A stretch of DNA of 64,000 nt, from positions 39,742,001 to 39,806,000 of the forward strand of contig OZ024754.1 in NCBI GenBank assembly GCA_964016885.1. Reading direction: 5' to 3'. Source of the DNA: Eledone cirrhosa (lineage: Eukaryota). The notes under the pieces were generated by a model. It did not search any database and was not told the origin of the DNA. It was given only the letters and a program-made list of their open reading frames with translations. The stretch's first letter is position 1; every line of letters starts with the position of its first letter. The translations under genes and the position numbers were made by a program. Shown one piece after another: positions 26,034-37,446 of this stretch.

Positions 26034-26360
26034 GGAGGCACATGGCTTAGTGGTTAGAGCATTGGCCTTGCAATCGAAAGGTTGTGAGTTCAATTCTCAG
26101 ACTGGGTGATGTGTTGTTTCCTTGAGCAAGACACTTTATTTCACATTGGTCCAGTTTACTCAGCTGTAGAAATGAGATGATAGGGACTGGGGTCCATATC
26201 ATTCCACTGCAAAGTGGTCGTGTAGGCGCCACGGGAAAAAAGCACCCAGCACTCACTGTAAATGAGGTTGGTGTTAGGAAGGGCATCCAGCTGTAGAAAT
26301 CAAGCCAAAATCAGTTCCCGTCCCACCCTTGCAAGCAGGGAAAAGCGGACGTAAAATGAA
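26034..26360 (+). mobile_element. tRNA-derived SINE family 2 (CORE/V-like central domain)
   Basis: A-box TGGCTTAGTGG, B-box GAGTTCAATTCT, CCTTGAGCAAGACACTT, tail GTTGGTGTTAGGAAGGGCATCCAGC. Related copies at 12899-13217(-), 22604, 33905, 41560, 42975, 47200, 53405, 56755. Confidence 0.88.
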
Positions 26361-26391
<31 letters not shown>

Positions 26392-28654
26392 TGTCTAACC
26401 CATGCTAGCGTGGAAGATGGACATTAAACGATGATGATGATGCTTTTTCTTTTATTGCACCTATGAACTGTATTTATTTGGCACCCACCCACATATCTTC
26501 AAGACTTCTCTCTAAAACTGATTTATTTGCTTTAGTAGTGTTTTCTTTAAACAGATGGTCTGTTCAGTTAAGATATCTATAATAAGACTGCCTACTTTAA
26601 TGTCATTCTCCTGCAGCATTCATTGAGTGTATGATCCTGTATGCTTGTTATTTTTATCATCAAATTTGTTACTCTGATTAGTATCAGAACACTTTCAACA
26701 CAACACCCATCTTGCAGCCAGATATGCCAGGCTATTTAGATACATTGCTTTTTCTACCCAGCCGTTGTCGATCCACTGCTGGATGAAGTCTCGTCATGCT
26801 GTTACTGGATATGTTACTACTTACTACTAATTCTCATTTTTACTAATTATTCTTCTTTCTACACCAATAGCAACCTACTTCCCAATCAAGTGGAACTAAA
26901 TTTAATTATGATATAGATGCATACATGAGTTTTACACTTTGACAGCTCAGAACATTTTCTTTTTATCATTGAGAGTGTAGTCTTTGCATTAAATTAAGTT
27001 TACTTCTTATTATATCTGTTTGACACCAGACAACCAAAAGATGTCTTAGTGCACAGCTGCATGGCCTGTAGGATCAGTTGGTTCCAAAATTGCGTCCAAT
27101 CCTCTTTGTCTCTTGCCAAGAGACTTTCTACTAATATTTCCCAACCATCCTATTCACCACACCTGAACTAAGCTGGTTCTGTGTGTGGTATTCCTTTAGA
27201 TAAATCTATGACATTTGCTGCTTCTGAAACTTTTAGTTCCACGCAGCACATGTGCATAAAACTCCCCCCCACACAACACAGGCATAAAACTTCCCATCCA
27301 AACCCACTTTGTTAGCTCCACCTACCTCTACATACACATAAAACTCCCTCCCAACCAACTCTACGTGCTCTGCCTACTTCTATATGCACTCAGTACACTC
27401 TGTAAGGTGGTTGGTGAAAGAATGGCATCCAGTTGTAGAAATCGTGCTATAAAAGGGTGAAGAGAACTTTTCAGTTCTGTCAAGGGCACAGCAACCTCTC
27501 TAGTATTGGTGACATGATAAACCCACCTACACTCTGTAAAGTGGTTGGTAATAGGAAGGACATCCAGTCATAGAAAACTTGCCAAACAAAAGGTCGGAAG
27601 GATTTTTCAGCTGTATCAAAGATATGATAACCTCCATCATGCTAGTGCCACAATGGAATGCACCCAGTGGGCTCAGTAGGAATATATGTATGCAAAATGC
27701 AGGTCCTGGCTGTCTGAAAAGTCAACGGCACCAATTAAGTACTGCTGCCATGGAAAAAAGATGTTAAACAAAGATGATGATGATATGGTGGGGTTAATGA
27801 ATTCTCCCATAAATCTGCCTTTCCCACATCTGGTGACCTCTTGTCCTTGAAAACTTTAGCAAAAGCAAGGTTATTACCCTTTCGGTTGATCATCTACAAG
27901 CTCCATCATAGTCTAGAACTGGTATCTGATAAAATAAAGTACCAGTTAAATGCTGGGGTTAATACAATCGACTTTCCCCTGCCCACGAATTACAGGCCTT
28001 GTGCTTAGATTAGAAATCATTATTAAGCTGGTGTTTGAAGAGTGGTGGATAGGCAGAATCGGTAGAGCATCGGACAACATGCTTTGTGGCATTGTGTTAC
28101 GGCCCTTTACATTCTGAGTTCAAATCCCATTGAGGTTAGTTTTGCCTTTCATCCTTACGAGGTCAATAAAATAAAATACCAGCGATGCATTTGGGTCAAT
28201 TTAATTGACTTTCTCCTCCCCTCAAAATTGTTGGCCTTGGACCTAAATCAGAAACAATTATAAGGCTGGTGTTTATAACACAAGAAAGGTTCTTGTATGA
28301 AGTTACAATGGAAGGGTTTTAGATAAATATAATTATTTTAAAACAAACAGTTTTGTATCATAGAACCTGGGGCAGTTTCAGGTTTTGGTATGAAAAGGAT
28401 TAAGAGTTCTGTTAGATGAGTTTCGTAGCCAACTGTTAAATGGCAAATATAGAGCTTAAGAAACTTCTCGGGTTTTCCTCTAAATTGACAAGCAGTGAAC
28501 CTTGTTGAAGTACCTGTCTTGTCATACAACCTACCATTAGCATCAGAAATGGCTGCTGTAATTACTAGAGAAAATTACTGTGGAGAATTTATATTGGGCA
28601 AGATTTATGAGAATGTACAAACTAATAAGTACCTTATTCAGGAAACCATAAGTG

Positions 28655-28816
28655 GGTTGTGGTGGTGGTGGTGGTAGTGGTGGTTATGATGGTGGTGGTG
28701 GTAATGGTGGCAGTGGTTATGGTGGTGGTGGTTATGGTGGTGGTAGTGGTGGCAGTGGTTATGGTGGTGGTGGTTATGGTGGCAGTGGTGATAGTGGTTG
28801 TGGTAGTGGTGGTGGG
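28655..28816. repeat. (GGT)n imperfect microsatellite
   Basis: Seen directly. Confidence 0.9.
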
Positions 28817-29425
28817 ATGTTTAGACCCTTAGGAGAATCAAGGCAATGTGACACTGACTGACCACAATCAGTTCTGTAGATATGTCCTCTTTCTCTCTTC
28901 ACTCCAGTAGCTGAGAATTGACTCATTAACCTACATTGTACCTGTCACTTTTCTATAAAAGAATTAGATATCTCCCTACTCTCCTCGCCTGTTGAATTAA
29001 GCCAGAAGAGTTTCTTTGCTGGAAACATTTCTTCTCGTATTTCAAATCTTTTCCACTCTACCTTCTACTTTGTTGTAACCATGACACAGGACAGCACTTC
29101 AGCACTTCCTCCTCATAATCTTTCCTATATATGTCCCATATCTTCTACATTAATCTCTAGACAATATTGAATACTTTGGATTTTCACAACATTTTTTTTT
29201 TTTATTCACTTAATCCATTAAAAAAACTATAAAAAAAACAAAAAAAAAAACAAAAGTAATTTTCTACTGCAAGTTAGAACTGAACTTTATTGACTCTAAT
29301 ACAAATTAGATTAACTCTTTATGTCATTAGACAATCTAATTGAATAAATTGTAGACTCTTTAACCCATTCATTACCATATTTCTGTTGAAACACACTGCC
29401 TAGGATTTTTAAATGATTTCAAATT

Positions 29426-29695
29426 AAGAGATCACAGCTCCGATATTATGGACATGTGGTTAGAATGTCTCAGGAAAAAAAATCATTGGACAGATTTTAC
29501 AGGCAAAAACCAACTGTCAGGAGAGCCAGAGATAGACCCCTAGTAAGATGGTTGGATAACATCCATGAGGTTGGCTGGTCTCACTTGGGGATCCAGCCGG
29601 ATCAGTTGGAGATGATTGCTTCTGACAGGACCCGCTGGAAGGAGTGTTTGAGGACTCTGCCTCCATGTCCTTCTGAGGAATAAGTGGACGAAGAA
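29426..29695 (+). mobile_element. RTE-clade LINE 3' end
   Basis: Same family as 2356 and 17015, ending GAGGAATAAGTGGA. Reverse copy at 11042-11321. Confidence 0.8.
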
Positions 29696-30658
29696 TGTAA
29701 TGATATAACTAACTTACTCTATTAATCTGGTGTTTGGAATATAACTAAATTATGATAGAATGTTTTAGATAAATATAAAACATATTATCGTCTAACCCAT
29801 GCTAGCGTGGAAGAACGGACGTAAAACGGTGATGATGATGATTAGAATAACCAGTTTAGTATCGGAGTAGCAGGGCAGTTTCAGGCCTTTTGATATCAAA
29901 AGGGCTAGAGGTTGGCTCCTACTTAGAAGACATCTACTAAATTTGATTCTACCAAGGTGTTATGTGATATATCTAAAGTGTATATCAAATTTCATTCTAT
30001 GAGATATTATGTGATAACAGGTATTAAAGTGTTTATCAAATTTCATTGTCTTGAGGTATGTGATATCAGGTATTCACCCTTCATAGTCGAGAATGACCAT
30101 AACTTCAATGATGGGTTGTTTCTTATGTGATATATCTAAAATATATATCAAATATGATTCTATTGCCATGACAGCCTCCCTAGTGTTGGTGATATACACA
30201 ATAAACGCACTCAGTACATGCTGTAAAGTGGTTGGTGTTAGGAAGGGCATCTAGTCATAGAAATCTTACCAAACAAAGAGTTAGGAAGACCCTCAGTTGT
30301 GTGAAAGGCCTGACAACCTCTCCTGAGCAGTTAATGGAATGTGAGACCGTACATAAGCACACTGGTCCCTGGCTTGCTTGGGAGATCAGTGGCTCCACTT
30401 CAGTACTGACTTGGTCTATATGGACCCATCCAACCCTTGCTAGGAAGGAAAGCGGACATTAAAATGACAATGATGATGATATGTGATATATCTAAAGTGT
30501 ATAACAAACGTCATTCTATGAAATATTATGTAATATCACATAATATTTCATAGAATGACGTTTGTTATACACTTTAGATATATGTATTAAAGTGTATATC
30601 AAATTTCTTGTGCTGAATTTCTTTTTCCACTCTATTGAAGTAGAACTTCTTGTTTCAG

Positions 30659-30966
30659 AACCTAACCTGCTCAATCATACGGCTCACAGTGTGAGCAAAA
30701 AAGGTATTAGGAAACGAGACTTGAACGATGTTGAACTACGTGAGATATTGGCTGAACTACTTCCACATATACGAATGGATCATGTGATACCTTACAACAG
30801 TGAAATCCTAAATAGTGCAATAAAGCGAGGACTTGTGAGTACACCCCCATCACATATGATTGCAGATGAGGGTGGGAACCACCGTGTTGGAGCATGGATC
30901 AGGGCCAAGAACAGTGGAATGTATGTAAAACCTCGCCTGTTTACACCATATTATGAAGAAACAAAG
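30659..30966 (+). CDS. BTBD7: BTBD7 coding exon 4
   Basis: tttcag acceptor. Encodes (E)PNLLNHTAHSVSKKGIRKRDL...KRGLVSTPPS...KPRLFTPYYEETK. Donor AAG|GTAAGA. Confidence 0.92.
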
Positions 30967-31613
30967 GTAAGATTTTCTTTTAATCATTTAACTCGTTACA
31001 GTCTTACTATTACATATTTAAACCAGCCATATCCGGCCAGAATTCTCTCACCTCTTTCTGTTCAAACCGGCTATAACTGGCCACTCATACCTACATTAAG
31101 GTATTGTTCTCAAAATAAATAACATCAAAATCTCGTAGATTCAATATTATGTGAAATAATTATGTAAAATAAAGCTTGTGATGGATTGGCAGTATTGGTA
31201 TATTGGTAGAGTGTCAGACACCATGCTTTGTGGCATAGAGTTATGGCCCTTTACGTTCTGATTTCAAATCCTGCCGAGGTTAGCTTTGCCTGTCGTCCTT
31301 ATGGGGTCGAAAAAATAAAGTACCAGTAATGCACTGATCTTATGCCAAAAGTAGAAACAATATTATGTGAAATAATTATGTAAAATAAAGCCTTTACCAC
31401 AAAAATACAATAGTATATATAGTAATGTAAATGCTAAAGGGTTAATGAAACTTTCTTAATACTTTACACATTTAAAGCATTAAAGAAAACCTTTAATTGG
31501 AGAGATGGGGTGAGGTGAGAGATAATTAATAAACTTAAATCTTTTTGTTGATTCTGAAAAAAATAATTTTCAACAATGTTTTTTTTAACTAAAATTATGT
31601 TGATATATTTTAG

Positions 31614-31794
31614 AGTATGCTTGAAGAACTTTTAGGACAAGTACAAGAAAACGACTTGGTAAATGTCCGTATGATACACATGTCATCTATTCCTGATACT
31701 CTTTACATGGTTGAAGACCGTCAATATGCTGTACCTTCAGTTGCCTACTTGGCACCGACCTCCACTGTAGATGTCATAGCTGGTACTATACCTG
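31614..31794 (+). CDS. BTBD7: BTBD7 coding exon 5
   Basis: tttttag acceptor. Encodes SMLEELL...MSSIPDTLYMV...GTIP. Donor G|GTATGT (phase 1). Confidence 0.9.
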
Positions 31795-32739
31795 GTATGT
31801 GAATTAAGTATTGAAATCTCAGTAAATTTTTATGATTATTATGTTTTTAAGTCTATACTTTGCCCACATTTTTTTGAATATGTATTTCTTATGTGATGAT
31901 AAAATGGTTCTTTGCACCACATGAAACCGCATTAGTGAGACATTTAAGCAAATTTATAAAACAACAGTATCACTTTCATCCTATTAAAAACTGAAGCCTT
32001 TAGTCTAATATTGCAAATTTTCACAATGCTACATCTAGTTGTAAAGATACTATAAACATTTGAATGAACAAACACATTTTAGATATTTTCTGCTAAATCC
32101 TGACAGAATGTTAAGAGTTAAATGACACAAAAGATCGCTTTTGAAAATCTGAATTCATTTCAAAACTAAATTCCAATATTTTTTTCCTTTAGCTGTTCCC
32201 TTTCAAAATCGATAAATGCTTCAATACTTTTGTTATGCATCTAATTCATTATTACAAACTGATTATTTCTCTCTTTAGTCATTATATTCTCAGTGTTTTA
32301 TCTGTTGTAGCTTCTAGCTTTTCTTACGCATTGTAATCAGTCATATTCTCAGAATTTCAACTTGAATTTTTTCATTCAAACCAGGAATTAAATTATTTTC
32401 ATTCTGCTGTCTATGCCGTGGATATTTTGTATTAATTAATTAGTTACTAATGATGCTGCTAGCTTGTTCCACTTAAACTAATTACTAATTAACTTATATG
32501 AGGTTATTCTGAACATAGACAGTGGAATAAGAACAACCTACCCTTGTGGTTTGAATAAAGGGTTTGGTTTAAAATTGCAAGAATATTACCAAACATGAAA
32601 GACACTAACAAAGTGAGAAGTTAACAATAGTTTAAATGTTGGGATTATAACGACCAGGATAAAGAGACTAGCCCAAATAAAGCAGTTTATAAAAACGATA
32701 ATTCTTCATCATTTAATTCAATTCATTTGTTTTTTTCAG

Positions 32740-33185
32740 TCCCTGATAGAAATACTCTTATTATGATGCTTCACCGTGAACAAGAGTTACAAAGAACAAA
32801 GCTGATTCAAAAAGCTTATTCCCTCCCATATACAGACAAACGTGCAGTGACATATCAAATAAAATTGCGGGTTGTGAGAGAATTTGGGTTACCTGATTCA
32901 GCTGTTGAAATCTTGCAGAACAGCCAGTATTACTACCCTGAAGAATCCCTATATGTTGAACGGCAATATCAAGTCAATTCTTCCTCGTCGTCTTCACCAA
33001 GCCGGCACAAGCACAGTCCAAGTACACCTGCACCACCACCACCTCGATCTTATAGCCCAGTAGAAGTAAACTCTCCACCAGTGACAAAATTAGATTGTGT
33101 TGCTCATTGTACAACTCAGTCTGACATCCGACACAATCCTTCCCCCCCACTGCCATCTCCCACCAGATGCTACAGTCCTGTGCAG
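32740..33185 (+). CDS. BTBD7: BTBD7 coding exon 6
   Basis: ttttcag acceptor. Encodes (V)PDRNTL...QIKLRVVREFGLPDSAVEILQ followed by a Pro/Ser-rich tail. Donor CAG|GTAAAT (phase 0). Confidence 0.88.
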
Positions 33186-34550
33186 GTAAATGCTATGAAA
33201 CTGCAATTGTTTTGATTTAATACTTTTTAAATGGTTATATTTCTTTTTATGACCGCTATTGAAAAGGTGTTGTTTTTTTTGTGCTTCATGAATGGTTAAT
33301 GCCTAAATCTTGCCTACGTTTCCCTGTATTGAAAGGTGAGGAATAAATTAGGTTATGGTTGATGAGTTAACACTGAATCTAAGAGAAACTTGAAAATTTA
33401 GGTTTGTATAGTTTAACAAGAGAAGCTTAGTGAGGTTGGTGTGGTTTAAAATTATATGTAAAATGGTTATATAATCAAAGGATGGACATGGTATTATACA
33501 CTGTAAGAACATGCGATGGCTAACAATTTGTGTAAAACTTCATTAGAGAAGAAAATCTGTTTTTTTCCAAAGAATAAATAGATTTAACCTTTCAGCATTT
33601 ACATTACTCTATATATACTATAGTATTTTCACAGTAAAGGCTTTATCTCACATAATATCGGATCTATGAGATTTTGATATTTATTTTGAGAACAATACCT
33701 TAACATAAGTATGAGTGGCCAGTTATGGCCTGTTTGAACAGAAAGATGTGAGAGAATTCTGGCCAGATATGGTCGGTTTAAAAGCTAAAGGGTTAAGCTA
33801 TTGTGATAGAACTTTCAAATGAATGATGAATACCACACATTGTTGAACTAAAAACTAGAATCAGTTGTTCTGTATCTGTATATCACACAGAATATTATTA
33901 GTGAAAGTACATGGCCTAGTGGCTAGGGTGTTGAACCCATGGTCATAAGGTTGTGGGTTTATTGCGTGGGTGTTTTGTTTTTGAGCAAGATTTTTCATTC
34001 CATTTTGCTGGAAAAAAAATTAGTACCAACAGTAGCTGGTTATTAACCCTTACAAAGGAGTGGTGTTCAATTCAAAGGGAAGTTTTTTCATGGTAGATTG
34101 GGTTCCCTATCATTAAAAAATCTGAGAAACTTATGAGATCAACATCATAGAAAGCCAACTAAGTTTACATAGGTGAGAGTTGTAATAAAGTGATAGACCT
34201 GGGAGACCCTATCATTAAAACACCAAAGAAACCTTTTATGAGATACAACCTTATAGAAGGCCACCAGCTAAATCTGCATAGGTGTGAGCTGTAACAGTAA
34301 CATGATAGGACAGTGGCTTCTATAATTAAAACACCAGAGAAACTCCCGATGTGATGCAACATCAGAGGAGGCCAATTAAATCTACGTAGGTCTGGATCCC
34401 CTCTCATTAAAACACCTAAGAAACCTATGAGATGTAACCACATAGGAGGCCAGCTAAGTTTATATAGGTGTGGACTGTAACAAAAGAAACATACCATTAT
34501 TATCATCTGAAGTTAACTCGTTAAAAAATATATTTAAACTTAGTTCACAA

Positions 34551-34779
34551 TTAACCCAATAGCATTTATATTACTCTATATTTACTATTGTATTTTCATG
34601 GTAAAGGCTTTATCTTACATAATTATCTCACATAATATCAAAGCTACGAGATTTTAATGTTATTTATTTTGAGAACAATACCTTAATGTAATTATGAGTG
34701 GTTGGTTAAAGCCAGTTTGAACAGAAAGAGGTGAGAAAATCCTGGCCGGATGTGGCCAGTTTAAATGCTAAAGGGTTAA
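34551..34779 (+). mobile_element. TTAA-flanked MITE family A (piggyBac-like), representative copy
   Basis: About 225 bp, consensus TIR CCCTTTAGCATTTA...TAAATGCTAAAGGG with TTAA on both sides. Copies at 10369-10594, 12678-13428, 16635-16983, 18692-18921(-), 22072-22299(-), 23773-23953, 31012-31445(-), 33584-33796, 41852-42042, 42439-42701(-), 60330-60655. Confidence 0.9.
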
Positions 34780-35110
34780 AGATTGTTTCACTCCACTTTT
34801 TTTACATATGATTTCATGTGGAGAATGATGGGCACGGCTAAGCTGCCTTTCCCTTGACACACTACATGAAGACATTCTTCAATGATGAAGTCATTAAGGT
34901 TTACAAGATGTTTTCATTATCATCTTTCTTAATTGTAGAATTTTGTTTTACCAATTATTGCTGCTGAATTATTTTCATGAGTTTACTTACACCTACCTTT
35001 TTGTAGAGTTCTTTTAGTTGAAATAGTAGAATTATATTTCTCTTGAAAATAGAAGTTTTAGTTTTTCATTTGAAAGAAGTTTATTATTATTATTGTTATT
35101 ATTATTGTTA

Positions 35111-35335
35111 GGGCGGTGGATTGGCAGAATTGGTAGAGCGTCGGACAACATGCTTTGCGGCATATAGTCACGTCTCTTTACATTCTGAGTTCAAATCCCG
35201 CCGAGGTTAGCTTTGCCTTTCATCCTTGCGGGGTCGATAAAATAAAGTACCAGTAATGCACTGGGGTCGATTTAATTGACTTTGCCCTCTCCCCCAAAAT
35301 TTCTAGCCTTGTGCCTAAAAGTAGAAACAATTACT
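35111..35335 (+). mobile_element. tRNA-derived SINE family 1, full-length representative
   Basis: A-box TGGCAGAATTGG, B-box GAGTTCAAATCC, central GCCTTTCATCCTT.CGGGGTCGATAAAATAAAGTACCAG (resembles the Meta-SINE domain, from memory), (ATT)n tail. Other copies near 9745, 28045, 31180, 37675, 40214, 45322, 45770. Confidence 0.9.
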
Positions 35336-35449
35336 ATTATTATTATTAGTTGCTTTAAAGCTTGATTTACTTTTGCTAATTAGTTAATTAAGCATTCAAA
35401 GCATTCAGTTATTCTTTATTTAATTGCAATTTTTAAAAATATTTTTTAG

Positions 35450-35605
35450 AACGAACCAAATAGCTGTGGAGAGAATGCACTTAGTGAAGTGATGCCCGAT
35501 ATTGCCATGGCGACTGCATCATTGGACCAGATGCACATGCATGACACTGACTTAGATTTGGACATTGTTTCTGATGGAATTCATCATGGAACACTGTATG
35601 TATGA
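35450..35605 (+). CDS. BTBD7: BTBD7 final coding exon (absent from ORF track)
   Basis: ttttttag acceptor. Phase-0 open frame NEPNSCGENALSEVMPDIAMATASLDQMHMHDTDLDLDIVSDGIHHGTLYV-TGA. MPDIAMA resembles the conserved PDIA motif of the BTBD7 tail. Total CDS 2505 nt. Confidence 0.8.
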   Translation, partial: NEPNSCGENALSEVMPDIAMATASLDQMHMHDTDLDLDIVSDGIHHGTLYV

Positions 35606-36667
35606 AACGTTCCCACCCACCCACCCCCACCACCTCCACCTCCCTTTATCCAACACCCACCCACCCAACCACCAAGGACACTCTTTCAACTTGTTGATCC
35701 CTTTTTAAACTGCTGCTGCTGCTGCTACTGTTGATTTGCTGCTGTCACCTGTGTAATGTAAATAATACCACAGAAGAATAAAAAGAAGAAAAAAAAAAAA
35801 TAACCTTTTTTGCTGCTCCAGAACACATTTGGCTTGGTGCTGCTACTGAAGAGGCTGGCTTGTTCATTGTCACAACAGAAGAGATTAGACCTGTTAGTAA
35901 CATATGACTGTTGCAGATGCACAGCTGATGCGGAATACTAATATAACCCGTGGAATGGTACTTAACTGCATTAAAATTTGATAGCTGTTGCCTATACACC
36001 ATTTTTTTTTTTTACCTTCAAATTTACAGCTTTTCAAGACATCTCATGTTTGATAAATATTTTGAAGGTAATTCAGTATATATTGACTTCTTCTCACAGC
36101 CATTTATTTCATCACTGACTGGATAGCTTGTCAACTGTATATTTATTATTTATTTCTCTTATTTATTGACTAATTCTCAATAATTTCCACCTTTTGTTGT
36201 TTATTTTTTTATCATTTTGTTTTTAAAGTTGATTTTTTAAAAAATATTTCATCCCATCATTTTTGTATTTAAAGTTGGTTAATGAATTTTCGTAAGTCTT
36301 AAATCATTTTCATATAAGTGCCATACAATGAAATAATTTTATTTCCTATGATATATGATACAACAAGTATTTTAAAGCTAACTAACTATCCCCTGCTAGG
36401 ACAGGGATTAGCTAGCCTTGTGGGCTCCTTAACCTCCATACTCAACATGGGAGTCTTCAGCAAGGCAATGTTTCACAGCTGGGTACCGTTTTTTTGGTTC
36501 CAACCCTTTTAGTAAGCTCTTAGAATCTGCAGAGATAGAGAAATACAGTGACCCTATTACTGTACACCAGATACACACAGCAATCACTTCTCAACATTTC
36601 CATCCTTTGTGTTTCGATTTGGTAATGTAAATCTTTGATAAAACAAAATCTCTGCAACTCACTTAGC

Positions 36668-36980
36668 TATTCTCAGGTCCAAATAGTAGATGGAGGGGTG
36701 GGCATTTGCTTAAATTCTTCTAAGCAGGGGTTGGAATAAACGGGGGTAGTAGTAGGGAAATCGGTAATTGTATAGTGTATGTTCGTAAATATGGGGCTTT
36801 CTGTAGTGTTCTTTTTTTGTCATAAATAATGTTTAATATATAAAATAAAATAAAATAATTATTAGCTGCTGTATCAATATGAATCGATTAGTAAAATTTA
36901 ATAAGCAGTGGGGTAGGAAAAAAATCTGAAAAAAATTAATAAGCTGAAGAGGGGGAAGGGTTATTCAAGACCTGAGAGTA
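36668..36980. mobile_element. TA-flanked MITE
   Basis: Termini TATTCTCAGGTC...GACCTGAGAGTA are inverted. Confidence 0.6.
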
Positions 36981-37267
36981 CTTAATGAATAGTTCACTAA
37001 TTTGTCAATAGTAAATATAAATTAAAAAGCTTTTTGTAACAAAGGAAAAATATGTGGACATTATTGTGTTTATTGAATGAACATTTTTAGATATTTTCAT
37101 AAATATATAACTTCACATTCGAGTTATGAATGGAATGTTGATGTCTGTATGTTTTTGTTGGATCATTTGGTATGTACAATCTTCTGTGCAAGCTTTCCTG
37201 TCAACCATTGATACTGTTTAGACATTTACTAAACTGTTAATTCTATATTTGCTACCGTTCTTCTCGA

Positions 37268-37321
37268 ATATATATATGTGTGTGTGTATAATATATATAT
37301 GTGTGTGTGTGTGTGTGTATA

Positions 37322-37366
<45 letters not shown>

Positions 37367-37446
37367 CCATATATATATATACATATATATAACCATATAT
37401 ATATATACATGTGTGTATATATATATATTTATATACATATATATAG
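37268..37446. repeat. (TA)n/(TG)n microsatellite
   Basis: Seen directly. Similar tracts lie near 41120, 41520, 43850 and 53640. Confidence 0.9.

Noticed and set aside
26034-26110. tRNA-like A/B boxes here and at many other sites
   Set aside because: They are SINE heads continuing into SINE bodies, with no complete cloverleaf.
28652-28861. Gly/Tyr-rich structural-protein-like ORF
   Set aside because: It is a GGT microsatellite with a non-ATG start and no signal peptide.
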